A stretch of 63,899 bases of DNA, filler included, from 5 parts of 5 records of this genome joined end to end with filler, not necessarily neighbours in it; one strand, 5' to 3'; positions 1 through 9,623 are shown, counted from the whole stretch's first letter. Notes: generated by a model from the sequence alone, not told the origin. Made by a program: numbers and translations.

Positions 1-1
1 A

Positions 2-256
2 ACAATATTCCGAATTATTCAAATTCTAGCAGCATCACGGGGTGCGGAATTGGACTCTTTCAAGTCTATCCTGAAATCCGAGATCCGGCCTTTCTTGCTG
101 GTATTGTCGGGCATCCCTGAGCTGGATGACAATATCCAGAACTTTGAGCAGCTGGGCCGGAAGGTGGGGAAAACGGAACCTCGAAGATTGCGGAAGAGCC
201 TGCTTTGCGCATGCTTCTCCTTGTTCTGTCTCTTATTGTTTTGGATTTCTGGGTAA
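2..256 (+). pseudogene. Possible remnant of a TniB/TnsC-like AAA+ ATPase
   Basis: Open frame from the window edge. The segment LDSFKSILKSEIRPFLLVLSGIPELDDNIQNFEQLGRKV resembles the post-Walker-B, sensor-1 and arginine-finger region of TniB-type ATPases. The flanking translation does not look protein-like. Confidence 0.3.
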
Positions 257-376
257 GACGTCATCTCCGCCATTACTCATGGCAACGCATTGGGTCTTAA
301 GGAGATGCGTCCGTCTTCCTCAGCCAGCGCCGCCAAGTCATTGAGGCGCTGAGCGCAGGCTTTGTGTCGATCCGGT

Positions 377-1549
377 TCAGGTCAGGAAAAATTGCGAGAA
401 CATCGGTTCGGCGGCGGCCCCGATCACGCGGGCATTGCCGCCGATTTGGGCGGGTTCGATCCGGGGTGTGATCAAGCCGCGCAGATCGAGCGCCTGAAGT
501 TCCGTGCGGGTTTCGGCCACAAGCCGCTCGCGTACGTCGGCGGGAAAGGCTCCGTCGATCAACACCGCTTCGAAATCAATCACGCTACAGACCGTGCGGC
601 TGGCGGAGGCAAGGGCCTTGGCGGACTGGGTGATCCAGTCATCCAAATCTGTACCAAAGCCGGTCCAATCTTGTGGCATGCGCCACATCGCGGCGGTGTC
701 GCCCCCGGCTTTAAGCACGGCGGCCTCTAACAGATAGAGCGAGGCGGCGTCGATCAATTGCACCTCTTTGCCCTCGGCGGTGATGTGGGGCAGGGAGCCA
801 AAAGCCCCGGCATTGTGTTGCCGGCCTTCGACGACCGAGGAGGCCATGACAATGCCGCCGCCGATGAAGGAGCCAATGAAGAAATAGGCGTAGTCGGAAA
901 AGGCGCGTCCGCGGCCAAAAAAATGTTCGGCGCGGCAGGCGGCCGTGGCGTCATTGTCGGTATATTGCGGCAGGTCGGAGAATGTCGCGATCTCTGTTGC
1001 AAAGTCGATTTCGCGCCAAATGTTGAAATCCTCCGGCGCGCCCAAAGCGTCGCTCCAGCGCCAAATTTCCGACGGCGCCGCGACGCCAATGCCGCACAGG
1101 CGCTTGCGTTGATAGGGGGTCAACGCCCCGGCGAGCGCCTCCATACCCTCACGCAAAAAGGTAAAGATTTGGTCGGGCATCGGATAACGGTAGGTGATCA
1201 AGCGCTGTTCCAACACTCGGCCAGACAGATCCATCACCGCCAAATCTGACGAGCGTCGCCCGATTTTAAGGCCAAACGACAGCGCTCCGTCCGAGTCGAT
1301 TTCCATCGGAATTGAGGGCTTTCCTACCTTGCCACGCTTAGGGGTTCCGCGTTTGAGAAAGCCTTCATTTTCAAGTTTTCTCAAGATGTTAGATACGGTT
1401 TGAGCCGAAAGATCAGTGCGCTTGGCAAGCTCGCTTCCGGGCATGCCTCCATGGCGTTGAATGAGCGAGAGGATCAGTCTTTCGTTGATCTCACGCACGC
1501 CAATCTGATTGACGCCGGATCGAAGCTGGCGCACCTCAATATCATTCAT
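377..1549 (-). CDS. frcR: ROK-family transcriptional regulator (FrcR-like)
   Basis: N-terminal HTH (SELAKRTDLSAQTVSNILRKLE), ROK motifs DNDATAACRAE and IGSFIGGGIV, divergent from frcBCA, GAGG RBS upstream. Confidence 0.88.
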   Translation of the reverse strand: MNDIEVRQLRSGVNQIGVREINERLILSLIQRHGGMPGSELAKRTDLSAQTVSNILRKLENEGFLKRGTPKRGKVGKPSIPMEIDSDGALSFGLKIGRRSSDLAVMDLSGRVLEQRLITYRYPMPDQIFTFLREGMEALAGALTPYQRKRLCGIGVAAPSEIWRWSDALGAPEDFNIWREIDFATEIATFSDLPQYTDNDATAACRAEHFFGRGRAFSDYAYFFIGSFIGGGIVMASSVVEGRQHNAGAFGSLPHITAEGKEVQLIDAASLYLLEAAVLKAGGDTAAMWRMPQDWTGFGTDLDDWITQSAKALASASRTVCSVIDFEAVLIDGAFPADVRERLVAETRTELQALDLRGLITPRIEPAQIGGNARVIGAAAEPMFSQFFLT

Positions 1550-1586
1550 CTGTCGTCCTCCCGTAGGTCATATTGTCGAACTCGCA

Positions 1587-1617
1587 TTAATAAATCAAAT
1601 GGATTTATTTATTGACG
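1587..1617. promoter_or_regulatory. Palindromic ROK-type operator next to a putative -35 box of frcB
   Basis: Perfect inverted repeat AATAAATC-AAATG-GATTTATT (1589-1609) between frcR and frcB, followed by TTGACG at 1612-1617. Confidence 0.65.
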
Positions 1618-1722
1618 GGACGTTAGGAATCATGTCTTTTCACCGTGAGCCGCTCGGAGGAAGTGGTGAGAGTGATGCGTGATCCTGTAAAGGCAGCGCG
1701 ACGATATTTTGGGAGGACGACC

Positions 1723-2733
1723 ATGAAAAAACTTCTGACTGGAAGCGCAATTGCGCTGGCTTTGACGGCATCCGGGGCCTTTGCTGAGGACATCAGCGCA
1801 TGCCTTGTGACCAAGACGGACACCAACCCTTTCTTTGTGAAAATGAAAGAGGGTGCAAGCGCGCAAGCCGAGGCTTTGGGCATCAAACTCAATACTTATG
1901 CGGGCAAACTTGACGGTGATGTGGAAACACAAATCGCAGCCGTTGAATCCTGTATCGCAGGGGGTGCCAAAGGCATCCTGATCACCCCGTCTGACAGCCG
2001 CGCCTTGGCACCTGTCGTGACCCAGGCCCGCGAAGCCGGTCTGTTGGTGATCGCGCTCGACACCCCGTTTGAGCCGACCGACACCGCAGACGCGACCTTT
2101 GCCACCGACAACTTTTTGGCGGGCGAATTGATCGGCCAATGGGCGGCGGCGAAAATGGGCGACACGTCTAAGGCGAAAATCGCGCTTTTGGATCTCAACC
2201 CCTCCGAAGTGTCCGTCGATTACCTGCGTGACAACGGCTTCTTGCAGGGTTTTGGCGTCGACATCAAAGACCCGAAAGACATCGGTGACGAAGACGACGA
2301 GCGCATCGTTGGCAATGACGTGACCAACGGCAACGAAGAGGGCGGTCGCACGGCGATGGAAAATCTGCTGCAAAAAGACAGCGGCGTGAATGTGGTTTAC
2401 ACCATCAACGAACCGGCCGCAGCTGGAGCTTATGAAGCGCTCAAATCCATGGGCCTTGAGTCTCAGGCCTTGATCGTGTCGGTCGATGGCGGTTGCCCCG
2501 GCGTGCAAAACGTCAAGGACGGCGTGATCGGCGCGACCTCCATGCAGTTCCCGTTGTTGATGGCCTCCAAAGGCATCGAGGCGATCAAAGCCTATGCCGA
2601 CACGGGCGAAAAGCCGATGAACTCAGAAGGTCTCGATTTCTTCAACACGGGTGTTGAGCTTGTCACCGATCAACCGGTCGAAGGTATCCCGTCGATCACC
2701 TCCGAAGAAGCGCTCGGCAAGTGCTGGGGCTGA
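1723..2733 (+). CDS. frcB: Fructose/mannose/ribose ABC transporter substrate-binding protein
   Basis: GGGAGG RBS before ATG 1723, signal peptide [41 protein letters not shown] motif and C-terminal CWG typical of FrcB. Confidence 0.88.
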   Translation: MKKLLTGSAIALALTASGAFAEDISACLVTKTDTNPFFVKMKEGASAQAEALGIKLNTYAGKLDGDVETQIAAVESCIAGGAKGILITPSDSRALAPVVTQAREAGLLVIALDTPFEPTDTADATFATDNFLAGELIGQWAAAKMGDTSKAKIALLDLNPSEVSVDYLRDNGFLQGFGVDIKDPKDIGDEDDERIVGNDVTNGNEEGGRTAMENLLQKDSGVNVVYTINEPAAAGAYEALKSMGLESQALIVSVDGGCPGVQNVKDGVIGATSMQFPLLMASKGIEAIKAYADTGEKPMNSEGLDFFNTGVELVTDQPVEGIPSITSEEALGKCWG

Positions 2734-2755
2734 TCTGATCTGCATCGTTTCACCG

Positions 2756-2779
2756 GGAGAGGCAGCGTGCTGCCTCTCC
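2756..2779 (+). terminator. Intercistronic stem-loop after frcB
   Basis: GGAGAGGCAGC-GT-GCTGCCTCTCC perfect inverted repeat followed by a pyrimidine-rich tract. Confidence 0.5.
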
Positions 2780-2816
2780 TCCCTCTTTTCGCCCTCCGAC
2801 CTCGAAGGACAGGGAA

Positions 2817-3896
2817 ATGAGTGACACCACCTCGGCCAAAAAAGGCCAAGATTTTGAACAGGTTCTGGATAAAAGCGACCGGTCTGTCGCCTCGTTTGAG
2901 ACCTCCCAGAAAAATATCATCGAACGGCTTCAGTCGGCTCTGCATGGCAATCCGACGCTGGTCCCGGTGATCGTTTTGGCCGCCGCCGTTGTTGTGTTCG
3001 GCCTGATCGCAGGCGGTAAATTTTTCTCTGCCTTCAACCTGACTTTGATCATGCAGCAGGTGTCGATCATCGGTATCCTCGCCGCCGCGCAATCCCTGAT
3101 CATCCTCACCGCAGGGATCGACCTGTCGGTTGCGGCGATCATGGTTTTGATGGCGGTGATTGCGGGCAATTTGGCGGTGTATAACGGCGTACCTGCGCCC
3201 ATCGCGCTCATCGTTGCCTTTGTTGGCGGGACCGTGGCGGGGCTGATCAACGGCTTCTTGGTCACCAAGATCAAATTGCCACCTTTTATCTCCACCTTGG
3301 GCACGTGGTCGATCTTTTTCGCGCTCAACCTATGGCTTTCAGGTGCGCAATCCATCCGCTCGCAAGACATCGACGCCAATGCGCCTTTGCTGAAATTCTT
3401 TGGCCAGACCATCGAAATGGGCGGGGCGCGCATCACCTATGGCTCGATCCTGATGGTGCTGGTTTTTGCCGTGCTGTGGTACATGCTCAACAAAACCGCC
3501 TGGGGCCGTCATGTTTACGCCGTGGGCGACGACAAAGACGCGGCGGAATTGGCGGGCATTCGCACCGACCGCACGCTTTTGTCGGTCTATGCGCTCTCAG
3601 GTTTCATCTGTGCCGTCGCCGCATGGGCCTCTATCGGCCGTGTTGGCTCGATCTCGCCGCAGGCCTTTTATGAGGGCAACCTGCAATCCATCACCGCCGT
3701 TGTGATCGGGGGCATCTCGCTCTTTGGCGGGCGCGGCTCGATCCTTGGCGCTCTGTTTGGCGCGCTCATCGTCGGCGTGTTCCAATCCGGGTTACGTCTG
3801 GCCGGTGTGGATGTGCTCTGGCAGGTCTTTGCCATCGGTTGGCTCATCATCATCGCGGTCGCCATCGACCAATGGATCAGAAAGGCTTCGGCATGA
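2817..3896 (+). CDS. frcC: Monosaccharide ABC transporter permease
   Basis: Polytopic hydrophobic protein with GIDLSV, GRHVYAVG and AVVIGGISLFGGRG CUT2 permease motifs. Confidence 0.9.
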   Translation: MSDTTSAKKGQDFEQVLDKSDRSVASFETSQKNIIERLQSALHGNPTLVPVIVLAAAVVVFGLIAGGKFFSAFNLTLIMQQVSIIGILAAAQSLIILTAGIDLSVAAIMVLMAVIAGNLAVYNGVPAPIALIVAFVGGTVAGLINGFLVTKIKLPPFISTLGTWSIFFALNLWLSGAQSIRSQDIDANAPLLKFFGQTIEMGGARITYGSILMVLVFAVLWYMLNKTAWGRHVYAVGDDKDAAELAGIRTDRTLLSVYALSGFICAVAAWASIGRVGSISPQAFYEGNLQSITAVVIGGISLFGGRGSILGALFGALIVGVFQSGLRLAGVDVLWQVFAIGWLIIIAVAIDQWIRKASA

Positions 3897-4684
3897 CACA
3901 GTCCAACACTCAGCCCATTCTTTCGGCCAAGGGCCTGACCAAACGCTATGGCCGCGTCACCGCGCTCGACACCTGTGATTTTGAACTCTATCCGGGCGAG
4001 ATTTTGGCCGTGATCGGGGACAACGGCGCGGGCAAATCCTCCTTGATCAAAGCGCTGTCTGGCGCGGTCAAACCCGATGCGGGTACGATCAAACTGGATG
4101 GTGAAGAGATTCATTTCCGCTCGCCGCTTGAGGCCCAGGACGCAGGCATCGCCACGGTCTATCAAACCCTCGCGCTCTCGCCTGCGCTGTCCATCGTCGA
4201 CAACATGTTCTTAGGGCGCGAGATTCGCAAACCCGGCTTTGTGGGCAAGTTCCTTCGGGCTTTGGATCATGGGGCGATGCGCGATTTCGCCCGTGAAAAA
4301 CTGTCCGAGCTGGGTCTGATGACGATCCAGAACATCGACCAACAGGTGGAAACCCTGTCGGGGGGGCAACGGCAAGGCGTCGCCGTGGCCCGCGCCGCGG
4401 CCTTTGGCTCAAAGGTGATCATTTTGGACGAACCGACAGCGGCACTTGGCGTCAAGGAAAGCCGCCGGGTGTTGGAGCTCATTCAGGATGTGCGCTCGCG
4501 TGGCATTCCGATCATTTTGATCTCGCACAACATGCCGCATGTGTTCGAAGTGGCGGATCGGATTCACATCCACCGCCTTGGTCGCAGGCTTTGCGTGATT
4601 GATCCGAAAGAATACACCATGTCGGATGCCGTGGCCTTTATGACCGGGGCAAAAGAGCCACCGGCCGAGGCCGCAGCCGCCTGA
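3893..4684 (+). CDS. frcA: Monosaccharide ABC transporter ATP-binding protein
   Basis: ATGA overlap with the frcC stop. Walker A GDNGAGKS, signature LSGGQ, Walker B IILDEPT. Confidence 0.9.
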   Translation: MTQSNTQPILSAKGLTKRYGRVTALDTCDFELYPGEILAVIGDNGAGKSSLIKALSGAVKPDAGTIKLDGEEIHFRSPLEAQDAGIATVYQTLALSPALSIVDNMFLGREIRKPGFVGKFLRALDHGAMRDFAREKLSELGLMTIQNIDQQVETLSGGQRQGVAVARAAAFGSKVIILDEPTAALGVKESRRVLELIQDVRSRGIPIILISHNMPHVFEVADRIHIHRLGRRLCVIDPKEYTMSDAVAFMTGAKEPPAEAAAA

Positions 4685-5298
4685 TGGAGAGCCGCCTGAA
4701 CGCTTTGGTTGCCAAAATCCGCGCCGCCGCAGACGGGCGGACGCGGCTTTTGGTTGCCGTTGCCGGACCTCCCGGCGCGGGCAAATCGACGCTGGCCGAG
4801 GCGTTGGCCGATCAGATCGGACCAGAGGCGCAGGTCATCCCGATGGACGGGTTTCATCGCGACAATGACTGGTTGAGCCAGCACGACCTTCTGGCGCGCA
4901 AAGGTGCGCCAGACACCTTTGATGCGGCGGCTTTTTTGAGCCTGATCACACAGTTCGCCACGGGTGACAGCCCGCGCTTTCCGCTGTTTGACCGTACCAA
5001 AGATTGCACCGTGCCCGAGGCGGGGGCGCTGTCTGACGCCACGCGTATTCTGCTTATCGAGGGCAATTACCTCTTGCTCGACCGCCCCATTTGGCGCGAT
5101 CTCGCCCGGTTTTGGGATATGACGGTCTTTATCGACGTGCCAAAGGCGGAGCTTGAACGCCGCCTGATCGCGCGTTGGTTGGATCACGGCTTGGACCCGG
5201 ATGCGGCGCGCGTGCGGGCGCAGAGCAATGATTTGATCAACGCCGACACAGTGATCACGCAAAGCACGTCCGCCGATTGGACCATATCGAGCGATTAA
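4684..5298 (+). CDS. frcK: P-loop kinase of the uridine/pantothenate kinase family (FrcK-like)
   Basis: AGPPGAGKS Walker A, PMDGFH, RKGAPDTFD and EGNYLLL motifs. Last gene of the frc operon. Confidence 0.8.
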   Translation: MESRLNALVAKIRAAADGRTRLLVAVAGPPGAGKSTLAEALADQIGPEAQVIPMDGFHRDNDWLSQHDLLARKGAPDTFDAAAFLSLITQFATGDSPRFPLFDRTKDCTVPEAGALSDATRILLIEGNYLLLDRPIWRDLARFWDMTVFIDVPKAELERRLIARWLDHGLDPDAARVRAQSNDLINADTVITQSTSADWTISSD

Positions 5299-5307
5299 AG
5301 GCGGTTA

Positions 5308-5877
5308 TTACAGGCCGCGCACCGCTTGCGGCAGGTCCGTCCGCCGCCCGCCATTGTCCAAATCCAACGCGCCAAACCAGACCTCGCGCGCGCGCAGCAT
5401 GGGCAGAGCGCGGACGGTGGTCGCCGCGCTATCAGGCAGTGTCAGCGGCATGTCCCAATGCGCATCGGTGAGGTCACGCCAACAGACGTTCAAATGCACC
5501 TCCGAGTGATGAAACAAGTGCCGCAGGGCGCGCGCCGGCAAGGTCGCGGCCAGGTCCAAAGCGGGCATTTGGTGCTTTTCGTCATTCGGCGGCGTATAGG
5601 CCACGCCCTTGACCAACGCCTCAAGCAGCAAAGCCTGATGGCGGGCATGATAGCTGACATGGGCGATCACATGCCGTCGGGTCCAGTCGGGGCGCAAGAC
5701 TGCCCCGTCCAGATCGTTATCCGACAACTCATTGAGTTTGCGGGCAAAATAGGCGGTGCCACGACGCGCCATCAACAGGTCTTCGGCGGGCGCACCGGCG
5801 GCGTCATAGCGCGCGCCCTTGCCTTGGCGGGCCTTGAGCGCTGCGCGGGCGACCTGATCGGTCTCGCCAAGCGTCAT
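5308..5877 (-). CDS. Maleylpyruvate isomerase N-terminal domain (MDMPI/DinB-like) protein
   Basis: RRGTAYFARKL, WTRRHVIAHVSY, ATLPARALRHLFHHS and MLRAREVW segments match the mycothiol-dependent maleylpyruvate isomerase family. Start overlaps the dioxygenase stop by 1 nt. Confidence 0.75.
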   Translation of the reverse strand: MTLGETDQVARAALKARQGKGARYDAAGAPAEDLLMARRGTAYFARKLNELSDNDLDGAVLRPDWTRRHVIAHVSYHARHQALLLEALVKGVAYTPPNDEKHQMPALDLAATLPARALRHLFHHSEVHLNVCWRDLTDAHWDMPLTLPDSAATTVRALPMLRAREVWFGALDLDNGGRRTDLPQAVRGL

Positions 5878-6980
5878 CAGCTTTGCCCCTCGACTTTCGT
5901 GCGCATGAACGACAGCGCTTCCATGATCGGCGCGTCAGAGAACCGGAACAGATCGAATTGGCTCTCCGCTTGCAACGACCATTTGACCCAGCTCGGCACG
6001 ACGAACATATCGCCGGTTTCAAGTGGGGTGGTCACGCCGTTGAGCACCACCGAACCCTTGCCCTCGAACACTTGGAACACACTCGATCCGACCTCTTGGC
6101 GCGGTGCGGTTTCAACGCCTGCGCGCAGACGGTGGAACTCGCAACGGATCGTCGGCATCACATCATTGCCGGTGGTCGGATTGACGTAACGGATCGCGGC
6201 ATGGCCTTGGGCGACGGTGGCGGGTTGGCCTTCGTCCTCCAACAAAAGCTGCTCGGTCAACGCCCGGTCGGTGAACTCCCAGCGATAGGCCCCGATCGGT
6301 GAGGACACGGTGTTTTGCAACTGCGACAGTGGCCGCAGGCCCGGATGACACCAAAGCCGCTCGCCACGCGAAAAATTCGGCGTGGCGTAATCGGTCACCC
6401 GGTCGGAGCCGAATTCAAAAAAGCCCACATCCATTTGCTGGCTGAACGGAATATCGAGCCCGTCGATCCATGCCATCGGTTTGTCCGTGTCATTGTGGTG
6501 GCCATGGAAATTCCACCCCGGGGTGAGCAACAAATCGCCGCGCGACATCCGCACCGGATCGCCGTTGACCACGGTCCACACGCCTTCGCCCTCGACGACA
6601 AAGCGAAACGCATTTTGGCTATGGCGGTGTTCGGGCGCGGTTTCTCGCGGGCCGAGATATTGGATCGCGGCCCACATGGTCGGTGTGACATAGGCGTTGG
6701 GCGCAAGGCCTGGATTGGCTAGCCCAAGGGCCCGGCGCTCGCCCCCGCGACCCACCGGCACCAGTTCGCCGGATTTTTCCGCCAAGGGCAGCAGGTTCGA
6801 CCATTTCCAAACATGCGGCACAGCTTTGGATTTTGGATGGATCGGCATCAGATCGCCAAGCTGGGTCCAAAGCGGGATCAGGCTTTCGGCCTCAAACCCT
6901 TTGTAAAGCGCGCGCAATTCTGGCGTGTCGTCGGGCTGCATCGCATGGTCTACACTGTCGTGATCAAGCTGTTCATTCAT
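5877..6980 (-). CDS. gtdA: Gentisate 1,2-dioxygenase (salicylate 1,2-dioxygenase-like bicupin)
   Basis: Cupin iron ligands in APEHRHSQNAFRF and FHGHHN, plus GGERRAL and WIDGLDIP. Lies in a gentisate operon. Confidence 0.92.
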   Translation of the reverse strand: MNEQLDHDSVDHAMQPDDTPELRALYKGFEAESLIPLWTQLGDLMPIHPKSKAVPHVWKWSNLLPLAEKSGELVPVGRGGERRALGLANPGLAPNAYVTPTMWAAIQYLGPRETAPEHRHSQNAFRFVVEGEGVWTVVNGDPVRMSRGDLLLTPGWNFHGHHNDTDKPMAWIDGLDIPFSQQMDVGFFEFGSDRVTDYATPNFSRGERLWCHPGLRPLSQLQNTVSSPIGAYRWEFTDRALTEQLLLEDEGQPATVAQGHAAIRYVNPTTGNDVMPTIRCEFHRLRAGVETAPRQEVGSSVFQVFEGKGSVVLNGVTTPLETGDMFVVPSWVKWSLQAESQFDLFRFSDAPIMEALSFMRTKVEGQS

Positions 6981-7007
6981 GGGAACCTCCTTGCGGGTTG
7001 GGGACGC

Positions 7008-7655
7008 TCAGGCTGCGTCCGGCTGTTGGGGCGGGGCCGCCTTGGCAAAGGCGGGGAGTTGGTCGAGGGCGGCATAAATGCGCGCAATCGTCGGCCAGGG
7101 ATCAAGCGGAATGCCGAAGCGTTTGTTGTTCCAGACCTGCGCGTAAAGGCACACATCCGCCAAAGTGGGCGTGTCGCCGTGGCAATAGGTGCCGGTGTCT
7201 GCGCTGTGCGTCAGGGCCGCTTCAAACGCGTCAAAAGTGGTGGTGACCCAATGGGTGAACCAGTCTTTTTGTGCCTCTTCATCGGCGTCGAATTGATCGC
7301 GCAGGCGGAACAGCACCCGCAGATTGTTGAGCGGGTGGATTTCGCAGGCGATCATGTAAGACAGCGCCCGCACCCGCGCCCGTCCATCCGCATCTTTCGG
7401 CAAAAGCGCGGGTTCAGGGTGGGTTTCTTCCAGCCATTCGATGATGGCCAGAGACTGGGTCATAAACGTGCCGTCTTCACGCTCCAAGGTCGGCACCAAG
7501 CCTTGCGGGTTTTTCGCCAAATACTCCAGCGTGCGGGTTTCCCCCGTCCGCAGCACATAGGGGATATAGTCAAACTCCACCCCCTTGAGGTTCAACGCGG
7601 CACGCAGCCGCGTTGAGGTGGAGGAGCGAAAGAAGTTGTGTAACTTCAACGTCAT
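7008..7655 (-). CDS. maiA: Glutathione-dependent maleylpyruvate/maleylacetoacetate isomerase (GST zeta)
   Basis: FFRSSTSTRLRAALNLKG, NPQGLVPTL, QSLAIIEWL, ACEIHPLNNLRVL and C-terminal QPDA. Confidence 0.9.
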   Translation of the reverse strand: MTLKLHNFFRSSTSTRLRAALNLKGVEFDYIPYVLRTGETRTLEYLAKNPQGLVPTLEREDGTFMTQSLAIIEWLEETHPEPALLPKDADGRARVRALSYMIACEIHPLNNLRVLFRLRDQFDADEEAQKDWFTHWVTTTFDAFEAALTHSADTGTYCHGDTPTLADVCLYAQVWNNKRFGIPLDPWPTIARIYAALDQLPAFAKAAPPQQPDAA

Positions 7656-7670
7656 GGCATTCGGCCTCGC

Positions 7671-8369
7671 TCAATCTTCTTTGGGACCGATAGGGGTCTC
7701 GATCGACCCTAGGCCCTCGATGGAGACGACACAGACATCACCAGAAACGAGCGGGCCGACGCCTGCGGGCGTGCCAGTCATGATCAAATCGCCGGGGGCC
7801 AGCGCAATGGAATGGGACAGGATCGAAATGATCTCTGGCACCGACCAAATCAGCTCGTTGAGATCCGCAACCTGTTTCACATCGCCATTGACGGTGAGCG
7901 TGATCGCGCCGCTGGACGGGTGGCCGACCTTGGCAACCGGGAACACCGGGCCAATCACGGCAGAGCGGTCAAACGCCTTGCCCCAGTCCCACGGGCGGCC
8001 CTGTTCACGGGCTTTGAGTTGCAGATCGCGCCGGGTCAAATCGTTGCCCACCGCATAGCCCCAGACATGGGACAGGCTGTCGGCTTCCGCGATATTTTTA
8101 CCGCCGGTGCCGATTGCCACGACCAATTCGGCCTCGTAGTGAAAGTTCTCGGTCTCGGGAGGGTAGGCCACGGTCTCGCCGCTGTCCACAACCGCATCCG
8201 CCGGTTTGGTAAAGAAAAACGGCGGATCGCGATCAGGGTCTTTGCCCATCTCGCGGGCATGGGCGGCGTAGTTGCGGCCGACGCAGAAAATGCGACGCAC
8301 GGGGAGGCGCTCGTCGGTGCCCTCAACTGCAATCGTGGCCTGAGGCGCGGGGGGGAAGACATAGGTCAT
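7671..8369 (-). CDS. Fumarylacetoacetate-hydrolase-family protein (probable fumarylpyruvate hydrolase, NagK-like)
   Basis: RRIFCVGRNYAAH, FFFTKP, HYEAELVV, DLTRRDLQ, GKAFD and TGTPAGVG motifs. Confidence 0.88.
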   Translation of the reverse strand: MTYVFPPAPQATIAVEGTDERLPVRRIFCVGRNYAAHAREMGKDPDRDPPFFFTKPADAVVDSGETVAYPPETENFHYEAELVVAIGTGGKNIAEADSLSHVWGYAVGNDLTRRDLQLKAREQGRPWDWGKAFDRSAVIGPVFPVAKVGHPSSGAITLTVNGDVKQVADLNELIWSVPEIISILSHSIALAPGDLIMTGTPAGVGPLVSGDVCVVSIEGLGSIETPIGPKED

Positions 8370-8396
8370 CGGATGGTCCTTTGATTTTTGGGGAGG

Positions 8397-9599
8397 TTAT
8401 TCGGCGGCCAGCGCGGTTTCATCGAGGCCGGTGGAGCCATAAATCCATGAGAGTTGGTCGTACCATTGTGCCGGAGACATGCCCTTCATCACATGGTTGC
8501 GTACGGCCGCTTTGGCGTCATCCGGGTGGTAGATATATTCACCGATCAGGCGGGAATTCATCTGAACCCGGGCGGTGCGCACGCGGCGCATGTCTTGGTA
8601 GCGCTGAAGCGCGTTTTCGACATGATCGCCATAGTTTTCAATGCAATGGGACAGGGCCACCGCGTCTTCCATCGCCATGCAGGCGCCTTGGGCAAAATAT
8701 TGCAGCATCGGATGCGCGGCATCACCCAGCAGAGCCACACGGTTCTCAACCCAGTTGGAAATCGGTTCGCGGTCGCACAAAACCCAAAGCTTCCAATCGT
8801 TGCCATGTTCGATGATCTGGCGCGCTTTCGGGTGGATGTGTTCAAACCCTTGCGCGACCTCTTCTTTCGACACGGGGCGACCCGCGATGGCCTCTTTGAC
8901 GTCGCGGTGATAGGTCACCACAAGGTTGAACATTTTCCAGCCCTTGAGCGGGTAATGGACGATGTGACATTTCGGACCGGCCCACAATGTGGCGGCGTTC
9001 CAACGCAGATCTTCGGGCATTTGCTCGGTTGGGATCACCGAGCGATAGGTGGTGTGGCCGGAAATCCGCGGCTCGCCATCACCGATCATCTGCGCGCGCA
9101 CCGACGAGCGCAGCCCCTCAGCCCCGATCAAAAACGAGCCTTTGATTGCGTCGCGGTCTTTGAGTTTGAGCGTCACCGAGGTGCCGTCTTGGTCGTAGCC
9201 TTCGACAACATGGTTGGTGCGGATGTCGATCAGCGGGCTGTCTTCGCAATATTTCAACAACACCCCATGCAAATCGGCGCGGTGCACCACGGCGTAGGGG
9301 TTGCCAAAGCGTTCGCGAAACGGCGCGTCGAGCGGGATCGAGGTGATGTCCTCGGCGGTTTGCGCATCCATCAGGCGCAGGGCGTCGATATAAACCGCCT
9401 TGTCGCGAGCCTCGTCGCCAATGCCGAGATAGTCAAAGCAATGAAAGGCGTTCGGGCCGATTTGGATGCCCGCGCCAATTTCGCCAAGCGCGGGCGCTTG
9501 TTCGACAACGATGGAGCGGTGACCTTTGCGGGCGAGGCCACAGGCGGCGGCAAGCCCCCCGATGCCCCCACCGGCGATGAGGATAGGAAGATCAGACAT
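8397..9599 (-). CDS. 3-hydroxybenzoate 6-monooxygenase (group A flavoprotein)
   Basis: GGGIGG Rossmann motif, EIGAGIQ, HRADLH, GAEGLRS and LLGDAAHPMLQYFAQGACMA. Upstream of gentisate genes. Confidence 0.85.
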   Translation of the reverse strand: MSDLPILIAGGGIGGLAAACGLARKGHRSIVVEQAPALGEIGAGIQIGPNAFHCFDYLGIGDEARDKAVYIDALRLMDAQTAEDITSIPLDAPFRERFGNPYAVVHRADLHGVLLKYCEDSPLIDIRTNHVVEGYDQDGTSVTLKLKDRDAIKGSFLIGAEGLRSSVRAQMIGDGEPRISGHTTYRSVIPTEQMPEDLRWNAATLWAGPKCHIVHYPLKGWKMFNLVVTYHRDVKEAIAGRPVSKEEVAQGFEHIHPKARQIIEHGNDWKLWVLCDREPISNWVENRVALLGDAAHPMLQYFAQGACMAMEDAVALSHCIENYGDHVENALQRYQDMRRVRTARVQMNSRLIGEYIYHPDDAKAAVRNHVMKGMSPAQWYDQLSWIYGSTGLDETALAAE

Positions 9600-9623
9600 G
9601 AGATGTCTCCTTTTTCGGAACTG

